Shown in pieces: positions 55,827-64,000 of a stretch of 64,000 nt of DNA. Position 1 is the stretch's first letter; the number at the start of each line of letters is the position of its first letter. A program made the position numbers and the translations under genes. The notes beneath the pieces are model-generated. The model was not told the origin of the DNA. It saw only the letters and a list, made by a program, of their open reading frames with translations, and made no database searches. The stretch covers positions 4,220 through 68,219 of the forward strand of contig CAYSZB010000003.1 in the NCBI GenBank assembly GCA_964435475.1. Direction: 5' to 3'. Origin of the DNA: an uncultured Anaerolineaceae bacterium (GTDB taxonomy: Bacteria; Chloroflexota; Anaerolineae; Anaerolineales; Anaerolineaceae).

Positions 55827-56288
55827 ATGAAAAAGACTTTAACAGAATTAAAGGAATTCATTTTGAGAGGTAATGTTTTAGACCTGGCAATTGGTGTGGT
55901 CATTGGCAGCAGTTTTGGCGCGATCGTCAATTCCCTGGTCAAAGACATTATCATGCCACCCATCGGGATGCTGCTGGGTAAGGTCGACTTCCCGAACCTG
56001 TATGTGCAGCTCAACCCGAAAGCAGTAGCAATTGCGCCAGGCACAACCCTGGCAGCCGCCCAGGAAGCGGGTGCGGTAACCTGGAATTATGGCGCGTTCA
56101 TTAATGCGATCATTACCTTTGTGATCATTGCCCTGGTTGTTTTTGCAGTCATCAAACTGATTGCCAGGCTGCAGAAACCGAAAGTGGAAGCTCCGGCAGA
56201 ACCAACCGAGAAGGAATGCCCCTATTGCTACACCAAGATCCATATCAGCGCAACACGTTGCCCAAACTGTACATCCAAGCTTGACTGA
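55827..56288 (+). CDS. mscL: large-conductance mechanosensitive channel with C-terminal zinc-ribbon extension
   Basis: [37 protein letters not shown] is present. The C-terminus is [18 protein letters not shown]. Confidence 0.9.
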   Translation: MKKTLTELKEFILRGNVLDLAIGVVIGSSFGAIVNSLVKDIIMPPIGMLLGKVDFPNLYVQLNPKAVAIAPGTTLAAAQEAGAVTWNYGAFINAIITFVIIALVVFAVIKLIARLQKPKVEAPAEPTEKECPYCYTKIHISATRCPNCTSKLD

Positions 56289-56306
56289 GGCTTGACAAAA
56301 ATTAAG

Positions 56307-56337
56307 AAAGCTCCTGGAGAAACCGGGAGCTTTTTTT
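56307..56337 (+). terminator. rho-independent terminator after mscL
   Basis: An 11-bp stem pairs aaagctcctgg with ccgggagcttt (one G-U) around a 5-nt loop, followed by a T7 run. Confidence 0.7.
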
Positions 56338-56363
56338 GTCCCGGGATAAAGGCATGTTAAAAT
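56336..56363 (+). promoter_or_regulatory. candidate promoter giving a leaderless methyltransferase mRNA
   Basis: TTGTCC-N16-TAAAAT is followed by 7 nt (agcctgc) before the ATG at 56371. There is no SD. Confidence 0.3.
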
Positions 56364-56370
56364 AGCCTGC

Positions 56371-57210
56371 ATGGAAAATCACATTTATTTTGGGGATAAC
56401 CTGGACATATTACCATCGCTGCCTCCCAACAGCGTGGACCTGATCTATATTGACCCCCCATTCAACACCGGTAAAGTTCAATCAAGAATACAGATCAAGA
56501 CTGAGCGATCAGAGACCGGAGACCGCAAAGGTTTTGGTGATAACCTCTACGAGACAACCAGGGTCCAACAGCGTTCTTACCTTGACAGGTTTACCGATCT
56601 TGAAACTTTCCTGCACCCAAGGATAATTGAAGCCTACCGCATATTAAAAGACAATGGCAGTTTCTACTTTCACATTGATTATCGTGAAGCCCATTATTGC
56701 AAGATCATGCTGGATGATATCTTTGGAAGAGAGTGTTTTATCAATGAAATCATCTGGGCTTATGATTTTGGAGGGAGAGCCAGGGACCGATGGCCTGCCA
56801 AGCACGATACCATCTTTTTTTATGCCAAGGATCCTACCAATTTTATTTTCAACACAAACGATATTGATCGCATTCCTTACATGGCACCAGGCCTGGTCGG
56901 GAAGGAAAAAGCGGCGAAAGGCAAGCTGCCAACGGATACCTGGTGGCATACGATCGTAGGTACGAACAGCAAGGAGAAGACGGGTTATCCGACCCAAAAG
57001 CCTCTTGGCGTGCTCAAACGCATCATCACTGCATCGTCGCCCCAAAATGGCACCGTCCTGGATTTTTTTGCCGGAAGCGGCACAACAGGGCAGGCATGCA
57101 GTGACCTGGGCAGGCAATTCATCCTGGTGGATAATAATCCACAGTCGATCGAAGTAATGCAAAAGCGATTTGCTGATATTCCCGGAATCACCTGGCATCT
57201 GCCAGGATAA
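56371..57210 (+). CDS. DNA methyltransferase, beta-class (N6-adenine or N4-cytosine)
   Basis: 279 aa. Motif IV IYIDPPFNTG is near the N-terminus and motif I DFFAGSGTTG near the C-terminus. No restriction endonuclease is adjacent. Confidence 0.85.
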   Translation: MENHIYFGDNLDILPSLPPNSVDLIYIDPPFNTGKVQSRIQIKTERSETGDRKGFGDNLYETTRVQQRSYLDRFTDLETFLHPRIIEAYRILKDNGSFYFHIDYREAHYCKIMLDDIFGRECFINEIIWAYDFGGRARDRWPAKHDTIFFYAKDPTNFIFNTNDIDRIPYMAPGLVGKEKAAKGKLPTDTWWHTIVGTNSKEKTGYPTQKPLGVLKRIITASSPQNGTVLDFFAGSGTTGQACSDLGRQFILVDNNPQSIEVMQKRFADIPGITWHLPG

Positions 57211-57225
57211 GAAGAAAACGTCATC

Positions 57226-57996
57226 ATGATGATCTCATCAGAATTTCCAATTATTGAATTTGATCCAGCCGACAAGGCGATCATCGAACCATCCGAACAT
57301 GTCAGGCAGGCAGATGTGCCGGCACATGCCGTGATCTGTTTCTTTTCAGAAGTGATCCAAAAGATAGTTAAAGAGCATAATGCCCAGGTAATCTTTACGT
57401 CAAAGTCAGAGATGGGATCCTTTCCGATATATGAGATCAATTTCCAGGGAAAGCGTTTGGCTTTTTTTCATCCTGGCGTCGGGGCGCCGCTGGCAGTAGG
57501 TTTGGCTGAAGAAGCAATTGCTTTAGGCATAAGGAACTTTGTCGCGTGTGGCGGTTGTGGCGTGCTTAACAAGGAAATCGCAGTGGGGCACCTGCTGTTG
57601 CCAACCGCGGCCATCAGGGATGAGGGTACCTCTTATCATTACATTCCTGCTGCGCGTGAAATTGAGATGAACCTGGAGGTGCTTGAGGTGATCGCTTCGG
57701 TACTGGATATTCACCGGGTGCCCTACCTGCGCACCAAAACCTGGACCACTGACGCCATTTACCGGGAGACACTTGCGAAAGCAGAAAAATACCGGGGAGA
57801 AGGATGCCTGGCAGTGGAAATGGAAGCTGCCAGCCTGATCGCCCTGGCACAGTTCCGCAAGGTGAAATTCGGACAGATCCTGTATGCCGGGGATGCTGTA
57901 CTGGCTGAGGGCTGGGACCCCAGGGCATGGAACTCACGCCTTGAGATCCGCGAAAGGCTGTTCTGGTTATCAGCAGAAGCTTGCTTGAGACTATGA
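57226..57996 (+). CDS. nucleoside phosphorylase family-1 (PNP/UDP) protein
   Basis: 256 aa. FFHPGVGAPLA, FVACGGCGVL, RDEGTSYHY and the VEMEAASL motif are present. Confidence 0.7.
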   Translation: MMISSEFPIIEFDPADKAIIEPSEHVRQADVPAHAVICFFSEVIQKIVKEHNAQVIFTSKSEMGSFPIYEINFQGKRLAFFHPGVGAPLAVGLAEEAIALGIRNFVACGGCGVLNKEIAVGHLLLPTAAIRDEGTSYHYIPAAREIEMNLEVLEVIASVLDIHRVPYLRTKTWTTDAIYRETLAKAEKYRGEGCLAVEMEAASLIALAQFRKVKFGQILYAGDAVLAEGWDPRAWNSRLEIRERLFWLSAEACLRL

Positions 57997-58049
57997 ACCC
58001 GGGCAATTTCCTGATCAGCATATGAGTATTAATATTTTAGGAGCAAAGA

Positions 58050-59333
58050 ATGCCTGATTTACAAAATAAATTAGAAAATGTTCTAAAAGAATTCACTCCA
58101 GGGGGGATGGAGCGCTACCCGGATATCCTCTACCCCCAATACCAGGGTTATTCTTTATCCAACATCCCATCCACGGTGTGCCACTTACTGAATGTGCCAG
58201 GGATGGGTGAACCTGCATTATGCGGAGAATACCTTGATAAATTCACCGAGTCATTTGATAAAGTTGTCCTGGTGGTCGTTGATGCCCTGGGATATGACCT
58301 ATTAAACCGCTTCATGGACTCAGGAAAAGCAGATGCCCTTAAGCAGAGGCTGGGCGAAAGTGTTTATGCACCGATGACCAGTATTTGTCCCAGCACGACT
58401 TGTTCAGCGCTGACGACCCTGTGGACGGGTGTCAGCCCGGTCACCCATGGGGTCATCGGTTATGAAATGTGGTCGAAAGAATATGGCATGGTAATCAATA
58501 ACATCCTGCACAGTGCGATGAGCTTTGCGGGTGACACGGGCGGGCTCAGGCGGGCAGGTTTTGACCCGGACCAGTTCCTGGATCAGCCGACTTTGGGCAC
58601 ACATCTTTCCAACCTGGGGGTGGAAACAGATGCTTTCATGCATTATTCCATTGGTGGATCAGGCCTTTCAACGATGCACATGAAGAATGTGGATGTGCAT
58701 GGCTTTATCAGTGAGTCCGATCTATGGGTCAGCCTGAGGAACAAGATGAATAACAACCCAGGTCGAAAAGCATATTACTATGTGTACTGGAGCCCGATCG
58801 ACACCCTGACCCATCGTTTTGGAGCGGATGACGAGCGGTTAGCCCATGAATTCGCCGGTTTTATCGATTTGATGCGCTCTGTTTTCATGGATGAACTGTC
58901 AGACAATGCCAAAAGGAAGAGCATCATGATCATCACAGCAGATCACGGATCGGTTGTGACACCACGCTATGAAGAGTTTTCTTTAAAGAATCATCCCATT
59001 TTCAACAGCCTGTTACGCATCCAGCCAACCTGTGAAAACCGGCTGGCATTCCTTTACATAAAACCTGGCGCAGAGGATGCAATCAGGCAGTATTTTGATG
59101 CGACATGGCCTGGAAAGTTCTCAATTATCAGTTCGAAGCAAGCATTTAATGCTGGTTTGTTTGGACCTGGACCAAATAAAAGTGCAGTTGATGACCGGGT
59201 GGGGGACCTGGTGGCGATCGCGCATGGCGATTCATACCTGTGGCGGGGCGAAAAGCCAAATCTGATGTTGGGCAGGCATGGCGGGTTACATCCTGATGAG
59301 ATGCTGATCCCGTTTTTGGCCATACCATTGTAA
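58050..59333 (+). CDS. alkaline-phosphatase-superfamily protein (phosphodiesterase/PglZ-like core)
   Basis: 427 aa. VVLVVVDALGYD, the ITADHGS motif and GRHGGLHPDEM are present. Confidence 0.65.
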   Translation: MPDLQNKLENVLKEFTPGGMERYPDILYPQYQGYSLSNIPSTVCHLLNVPGMGEPALCGEYLDKFTESFDKVVLVVVDALGYDLLNRFMDSGKADALKQRLGESVYAPMTSICPSTTCSALTTLWTGVSPVTHGVIGYEMWSKEYGMVINNILHSAMSFAGDTGGLRRAGFDPDQFLDQPTLGTHLSNLGVETDAFMHYSIGGSGLSTMHMKNVDVHGFISESDLWVSLRNKMNNNPGRKAYYYVYWSPIDTLTHRFGADDERLAHEFAGFIDLMRSVFMDELSDNAKRKSIMIITADHGSVVTPRYEEFSLKNHPIFNSLLRIQPTCENRLAFLYIKPGAEDAIRQYFDATWPGKFSIISSKQAFNAGLFGPGPNKSAVDDRVGDLVAIAHGDSYLWRGEKPNLMLGRHGGLHPDEMLIPFLAIPL

Positions 59334-59352
59334 TATTACTGTAAGCAAAGAA

Positions 59353-59392
59353 AACCTGGTCGGTCAAAGATGATCGGCCAGGTTGTGTTTTT
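59353..59392 (+). terminator. rho-independent terminator
   Basis: A 13-bp stem pairs aacctggtcggtc with gatcggccaggtt (two G-U pairs), followed by gtgttttt. Confidence 0.6.
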
Positions 59393-59425
59393 GGGGGAAA
59401 ACTCACCATGACAGAAAATTCCCAC

Positions 59426-59453
59426 TTGACATTCTGTAAAAACTGTCTATAAT
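59426..59453 (+). promoter_or_regulatory. consensus sigma70 promoter
   Basis: TTGACA-N16-TATAAT is followed by an AAGGAAG SD at 59481-59487 and the ATG at 59493. Confidence 0.6.
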
Positions 59454-59492
59454 ATAGAACATAAGTTCTAATTACTAAAAAAGGAAGCCAAA

Positions 59493-60323
59493 ATGAATGT
59501 TTCGAGTGCGCCTGCCATAAATCTAATTGAAAGCCATGTCTTTGCTACAAAATTATCCCACCCAGTAAGGGCTGTGCACTGTTCACAGAGAAATCCTTGT
59601 TTCCATCCCATACGATCGGTGGGCAGAATTATGAATTCCTTGAAAGACCTTCCCAGGCGGGCGATCCTTCTGGGGGTGGCTGATGATGACAAACCGGTGC
59701 TGCTCGACCTGGACGAATCCGATCCCGGGTCGATCCTTGTCTATTGTGACCAGGGTTATGGCAAAACCCACCAGTTGCAGGTTATCGTAGATTCGATCAT
59801 AAAGGCGCGCTATTGTAGCCGGATGAAGATTGAGGTCTTGAGTGCAAATCCCTGGGAATGGGAAGGTCCATCAGTGATGAATATTCAAAGAAAAAAATGT
59901 GTCAATGTCTTGGCATGGAATGACCCGCAAGTGGAAAAAATGATCGCCAGGTTGGCTGAAATTGTCCAGCAGAGGATCATTGACCAGTGCGATAGCCGGG
60001 AAATCATCCTGGTCCTGGATGAGGTCAACCGAATGGAAAAACTTAGCGAGCAGGCACAGGTCAACCTCAACTTCATTTTCAGCACTGGTCCCAAGGTGAA
60101 GGTCTGGCCGGTTGCATCCATGTCTGTCGAAAGACGGCGAACATTCACTTCCGACCTGGTTGACCTGTTTGATACTTTGATCCTGGGGCATATATCCAAC
60201 CAGATGCGCATGGCTGGTTACCGATGTGATGAATGCCTGGCCAGTGAGCTGGACCCGGGTGAGTTCATGGTCAAAGCAGGGGGCAGATGGAATGCCTATC
60301 GCCTGCCGATGATCGGGGCATAA
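59493..60323 (+). CDS. stand-alone divergent FtsK/SpoIIIE-like P-loop domain protein
   Basis: LGVADDDKPVLLDLDESDPGSILVYCDQGYGKT is a Walker A-like segment in FtsK-type context. IILVLDEVNRM is Walker B-like. VWPVASMS...LILGHIS...LDPGEFMV parallels the FtsK motor C-terminal part. There is no TM segment and no gamma domain. Confidence 0.5.
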   Translation: MNVSSAPAINLIESHVFATKLSHPVRAVHCSQRNPCFHPIRSVGRIMNSLKDLPRRAILLGVADDDKPVLLDLDESDPGSILVYCDQGYGKTHQLQVIVDSIIKARYCSRMKIEVLSANPWEWEGPSVMNIQRKKCVNVLAWNDPQVEKMIARLAEIVQQRIIDQCDSREIILVLDEVNRMEKLSEQAQVNLNFIFSTGPKVKVWPVASMSVERRRTFTSDLVDLFDTLILGHISNQMRMAGYRCDECLASELDPGEFMVKAGGRWNAYRLPMIGA

Positions 60324-60338
60324 AGAAGGATCGGGAAA

Positions 60339-60566
60339 ATGAACCGCGGCATGTTGTGGTTTGATGATGATCCAAAAGCTGATATTCAGGACAAGATCAA
60401 AAAAGCTATCTTGTATTATCAAAAAAAGTATGGACAGGAACCTGACCTATGCCTGGTCAACCCCAAGCTGGCTGATGAGATCACCAAGAACTCCACACCG
60501 ATTAAAGTGATGGTTGACCAGTTCATCCTGCCGCATCACTTCTGGATCGGGGTAAAGAAGGTATAG
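60339..60566 (+). CDS. small hypothetical protein (75 aa)
   Basis: An AAGGAT SD is present. It starts 15 nt after the FtsK-like gene. I recognise no motif (MLWFDDDPKADIQDKIKKAILYYQKKYGQEPDLCLVNP). Confidence 0.45.
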   Translation: MNRGMLWFDDDPKADIQDKIKKAILYYQKKYGQEPDLCLVNPKLADEITKNSTPIKVMVDQFILPHHFWIGVKKV

Positions 60567-60589
60567 GAATGTTGGGCGTAAGTGGAGTT

Positions 60590-61264
60590 TCAGAGATCAA
60601 TTAATTGGTATCCACAAGCATTGTAGATGCAGGTCTGGTGGTGTAGTAACGGCCTGGCATCCATATGTGGCTGAGTGTGAATATGGCCGTGAACAAATAC
60701 TTTGGGAGAAAAGGTTTCGATTAACCAGCGGAATGCTTTGATCCCCTGGTGGGCAAGGTCTGTGTCATCATTTAATTTCCAGGCCGGGGCATGGGCAACA
60801 AAGACGTCCAGGTATCTGCCGTGGACCACTTTGTTCCAGATCAATTTGGGAACCATGCGCAGCACCATGAGCCACATCTCAAACTGTGTGTATTGGTATG
60901 GTCCCTTGTTGTAGCGATGAGATCCTTCGATCCCTGCTACCAGGAGGTCCTTGTTCCTGATGTATAAAACCTGGCGGTGCAGATCAGTCCCAAAGTGGAT
61001 ATCTTCCTTACTCTCGCCCGGTTCATTGAACAGGGAGGTCACGTGATTGCCGTTTACGTATAACATGGGCACATCCAGCATGCTGATCACATAATCAAGA
61101 TATTTTCCTGGCAGGTCACCACAGGAAACCAGGAGATCCACATTGCTGAAGCGTTGCTTAACCCTTGAATCGTAAACCCGGGAGTTTTCAATGTCGCTTA
61201 CTGCCAATATTCTGACGGGTTTGCGGGCAATGCTTTGAGGTTTAACCTCTGATGTGGGGGACAT
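60590..61264 (-). CDS. metallophosphoesterase (calcineurin-like)
   Basis: ILAVSDIEN, CGDLPG, NGNH, VAHAP and VHGHIH are present. Confidence 0.8.
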   Translation of the reverse strand: MSPTSEVKPQSIARKPVRILAVSDIENSRVYDSRVKQRFSNVDLLVSCGDLPGKYLDYVISMLDVPMLYVNGNHVTSLFNEPGESKEDIHFGTDLHRQVLYIRNKDLLVAGIEGSHRYNKGPYQYTQFEMWLMVLRMVPKLIWNKVVHGRYLDVFVAHAPAWKLNDDTDLAHQGIKAFRWLIETFSPKVFVHGHIHTQPHMDARPLLHHQTCIYNACGYQLIDL

Positions 61265-61267
61265 GGG

Positions 61268-61636
61268 TTAGTTTTCGCTCGCCCCGATGGCGATCGCCAG
61301 GGCTTTTGTCCTGTCATGGCTGATGCTGACAGACCAGTCTCCCAAGCCCTTTTGTTTGGCTTCAATCAAGGCATTTCCGTGCAAGGTTACGGTCGGCTCA
61401 CCACTGGGCAGATGAATAATCTCTATATCTTTCCAGGCAACCAGGCCAATACCGGTGCCCAGTGCCTTTGAGACAGCTTCTTTTGCTGCGAAAAGACTGG
61501 TCAGAAAGTCGTTGCGATCGCGTGCCTGCGTCAATTCAGTTGGTGTAAAGACGCGGGTAAGAAACCTGGCGCGGATGGCAGGGTTCAAGGTTCGTAATCG
61601 ATCCAATTCGATAGAGTCAATTCCACATTTGATCAT
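61268..61636 (-). CDS. acpS: holo-[acyl-carrier-protein] synthase
   Basis: 122 aa. GIDSIELDRL, FAAKEAVSKALGTGI and SISHD are present. Confidence 0.85.
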   Translation of the reverse strand: MIKCGIDSIELDRLRTLNPAIRARFLTRVFTPTELTQARDRNDFLTSLFAAKEAVSKALGTGIGLVAWKDIEIIHLPSGEPTVTLHGNALIEAKQKGLGDWSVSISHDRTKALAIAIGASEN

Positions 61637-62904
61637 GATATCGGCTTTCCTGCAGAGGCTACTACCAGGTTTTCTGCTGAAAGATAGTGACGTGAGGCTT
61701 CCATGATCATGTCACCGGTTACAGCAGAAACGTTTCCGGCATAACGCTGAAGGTAATCAAAACCCAGGTCAAACCGCTGCATGTTAATCAAAGAAATGGC
61801 TACCCCAAGATTGGATTCAAGGGAAAGCGGTTGACGGCTGATAAAAAAGGACTTTGTGTCTTCCAGTTCCTCTTTTGTCACCCCCTTTTGAACGTAACGC
61901 TTGATCTCTTTTTTGATAAGGGAAATCGCTTTTTCCATGTTTTCCGGGTTAACTCCGGCGACAAATTCCCAGGCGCCAGGGCCATGCCCGGCGTTGAGGT
62001 TGCTTTGCGCATAGTATGCCAACCCTTCCTTTTCTCGGACTACGTCGCCAATCCGCCCCATCATGCCAAATTGGCCAAGAATGTTGTTGCCCAGCAGGCA
62101 GGGGAGGTAATCTTGTGAGTCCCTGGATGGACCACGTGAACCCAACACGATGTCCGACTGGCTTTTTTCCGGGATTTCAACATGAGAACGGCAGGATTTT
62201 AATTGAGCAGTCATTGTTGGAATGGGCGAGGGCAACACCTGGTCTGGATTATGCCAACTGCCAAGGGATTCCTGGATGCTTTCTATGACAAACTCAGGGG
62301 AAGCAGCACCAACCACCACCATCACCATATCCTTGGGACCGTAATATTGCCGGTGAAACCTTGCAAGATCCGGAATGGTGATCTTTTGTACCGTTTCGAC
62401 AAAACCTTCTTCAGGGCGGGCATATGGGTGGCCCTGGTATAGCATTTTGTCGAACTCAAGAGCAGCCATTTCTGCTGTATCCTGGGCGCGGATCGCCAGA
62501 CCGGTCAGACTCTGTGCCTTAAGACGGTTGAATTGTTTTTGGGGGAAGGTGGGATGCTGCAGGATATCGGATAACAGGTCGAAAATTACCGGCAGATCCT
62601 CTTTCAGGCATTGGGCTGAGAAATCTGTGATGTTTGTGCCGCTGCTGAAGTGCATGCTGGCACCGATCGATTCAATAAGGTTAAATATTGACTGTAGGTC
62701 ATGCCTTTCAGTCCCTGTCATCAAGGCAGCGGCGGTAAAATCAGCCAGGCCTAAAAGGTCGTCAGGATCAGAAATGGCACCGGCTTGCAGGTAACCCAGG
62801 CATGTCACGCTTTCACAGTATGGATTCTCACGGATCAGCAGCCTGATGCCATTAGGCAGATCGTGAGTGACAATATCGTCAGGTCCGGGAAGTGGTTTCA
62901 TCAT
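61633..62904 (-). CDS. M16 (pitrilysin) family peptidase, non-catalytic-type subunit
   Basis: 423 aa with M16 fold landmarks, but GLADFTAAALMTGT replaces the HxxEH zinc motif. Confidence 0.8.
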   Translation of the reverse strand: MMKPLPGPDDIVTHDLPNGIRLLIRENPYCESVTCLGYLQAGAISDPDDLLGLADFTAAALMTGTERHDLQSIFNLIESIGASMHFSSGTNITDFSAQCLKEDLPVIFDLLSDILQHPTFPQKQFNRLKAQSLTGLAIRAQDTAEMAALEFDKMLYQGHPYARPEEGFVETVQKITIPDLARFHRQYYGPKDMVMVVVGAASPEFVIESIQESLGSWHNPDQVLPSPIPTMTAQLKSCRSHVEIPEKSQSDIVLGSRGPSRDSQDYLPCLLGNNILGQFGMMGRIGDVVREKEGLAYYAQSNLNAGHGPGAWEFVAGVNPENMEKAISLIKKEIKRYVQKGVTKEELEDTKSFFISRQPLSLESNLGVAISLINMQRFDLGFDYLQRYAGNVSAVTGDMIMEASRHYLSAENLVVASAGKPIS

Positions 62905-64000
62905 GAGATCACCTCCTGTACTTCAGGACTTGCATTACCCTGCCTGGGTGAGTAAGTGCCAACGACACGGTTGTCTTCTCTTAGGTATCTCTGGGCAACA
63001 TCCAGGATAGCTGCAGGTGTGACCCGGGAAAGTCGTTCAACATAGCTTGTAAACCATTGGTAAGTGGCGAACTGGCTGGCATATCCCATCCAGAAAGCCT
63101 GGTTGGTGATGTTTTCGCTTCCATAAACGAATAAGGCCCGGGCTTGCTTGATCGCCCTTTCCAATTCTTCCAAGGAAACAGGATTTTGTTGCAGTTCATT
63201 GATCTTTTCGTCAAGTACTTTGATCACATCCCGGGAGGAGCGATCGGGATGCACAATGAAGTGAAAATTATAGAGATAAGGATCGACGGTTGCCTGGAGA
63301 TTGCCGTGGGCAGACACTGCGATCTCAGTTTCGACCAGTGCCTGGTATAAACGGCTGGTCTTGTTGCTTGTGCCACCTGCACCGAACATGTTCAATCCGG
63401 AGGGACCGGTGAAGATAGAGTCGAGTACGGTCAGAGCGAAAAAATCATCGCTGTCTGCTTTCGGGGAGTGATAGGCGACCTGGATGTATTCTGTTTCACC
63501 GGGGCCATTCAAGGTGACTGCCTTTGATCCTTTAGCAGGGTTTTCCTGGGCTATGAATTCATCATGGGGGGGACCTGGCGGCAGGTTTTCAAAGTGCTTG
63601 CTGACCATGTCAATCATATGTGAGGTTGAGAAGTCCCCACTGATACACAAGGTGGCATTCGAAGGCTTATAGTAATCCTGGTAATGGCGATAAAGGTCTT
63701 CCCTTGAGATGGCATGCAAGTCTGCCATGCTGCCACCGGTGTCATAGCGATATGGATGCTGTTCAAACGCAGCCAGGCTCACTGCTTCACCTAACAGGAA
63801 AAGAGGGTTGTTTTCAGAACCTTCTCTTTCTGAAATCACGACGGTGCGTTCGCTTTCAACCTCCCTGGGAAGAAACTTGCTATGGATCATGCGATCAGCT
63901 TCCAGTTCCAATGCGATCTCAAAGGAATTCGAAGGCAGGGTCTCATAATATGTCGTCCAATCAAGGTTAGTAAATGCATTCCAATTACCGCCCAACCTCG
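62901..64000 (-). CDS. M16 family peptidase (5' end outside window)
   Basis: The frame is open to the window edge. GGNWNAFTNLDWTTYY is the conserved M16 N-domain segment, so the HxxEH region must lie beyond 64000. Confidence 0.8.
   Translation of the reverse strand, partial: RLGGNWNAFTNLDWTTYYETLPSNSFEIALELEADRMIHSKFLPREVESERTVVISEREGSENNPLFLLGEAVSLAAFEQHPYRYDTGGSMADLHAISREDLYRHYQDYYKPSNATLCISGDFSTSHMIDMVSKHFENLPPGPPHDEFIAQENPAKGSKAVTLNGPGETEYIQVAYHSPKADSDDFFALTVLDSIFTGPSGLNMFGAGGTSNKTSRLYQALVETEIAVSAHGNLQATVDPYLYNFHFIVHPDRSSRDVIKVLDEKINELQQNPVSLEELERAIKQARALFVYGSENITNQAFWMGYASQFATYQWFTSYVERLSRVTPAAILDVAQRYLREDNRVVGTYSPRQGNASPEVQEVIS

Noticed and set aside
55878-57198. ORFs 55878-56372 (164 aa) and 56644-57198 (184 aa) on the minus strand
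   Set aside because: They are antisense to mscL and to the DNA methyltransferase, both of which have unmistakable motifs.
56371-59333. BREX-like or PglZ-containing defence system
   Set aside because: There is only a small AP-superfamily protein and a small beta-class methyltransferase. No PglX-size methyltransferase, BrxC ATPase, BrxL or other signature gene is present. I kept it only as a low-interest finding.
59871-60422. 183-aa minus-strand ORF
   Set aside because: It is antisense to the FtsK-like gene and the small ORF. The plus-strand reading is supported by a consensus promoter and SDs.
1-64000. Mobile genetic element or prophage boundaries
   Set aside because: There is no integrase, transposase, phage structural gene, tRNA attachment site or long terminal direct/inverted repeat. 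The compositional shifts alone are insufficient.

Overview
A compact 64 kb bacterial chromosomal segment with about 58 protein-coding genes, short intergenic gaps and many 4-nt stop/start overlaps. I found no rRNA, tRNA, CRISPR array, transposase or integrase. Most genes are housekeeping: selB, folD, udk, rsmG, rsmA, mfd, pth, acpS, mscL, thrC-like, carbamate kinase, M32 carboxypeptidase, an M16 peptidase pair, GH13, and a three-gene glycerol-3-phosphate-dehydrogenase-like module. The pth-mfd-yabE-like-rsmA order resembles Firmicutes-type synteny. I cannot assign a taxon from the sequence alone.

The main non-housekeeping feature is a 10.3 kb tandem array (31814-42084, minus strand) of six divergent paralogs. 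Each encodes a signal-peptide-bearing protein of about 520-550 aa that looks like a beta-helix. All six end in the same very short C-terminal tail, [FYL][LIM]P[LIMV][LIV]F[RK]-COOH. I think this is a candidate undescribed sorting or anchoring tag. The array appears to be driven by three promoters that share a CTATTGAWAT -35 region.

Other points worth a second look:
- An unusually long 765-bp divergent intergenic region (30320-31084) is packed with short tandem 8/9-mers. It also holds two hairpins whose stems differ by a compensatory change around a conserved loop containing the palindrome GCACATGTGC.
- An AT-rich orphan cluster encodes antiporter-like (Nuo/Mrp-type) membrane proteins.
- selB has no other selenium gene in view.
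- A hydantoinase / carbamate kinase / aminohydrolase grouping is present.
- A stand-alone divergent FtsK-like P-loop protein sits behind a consensus promoter with a small partner ORF.
- A -10 hexamer, often GGTATAATTC, recurs 6-8 nt upstream of ATG, which suggests leaderless mRNAs.

All protein calls come from reading motifs in the supplied translations. No database search or statistics were run.
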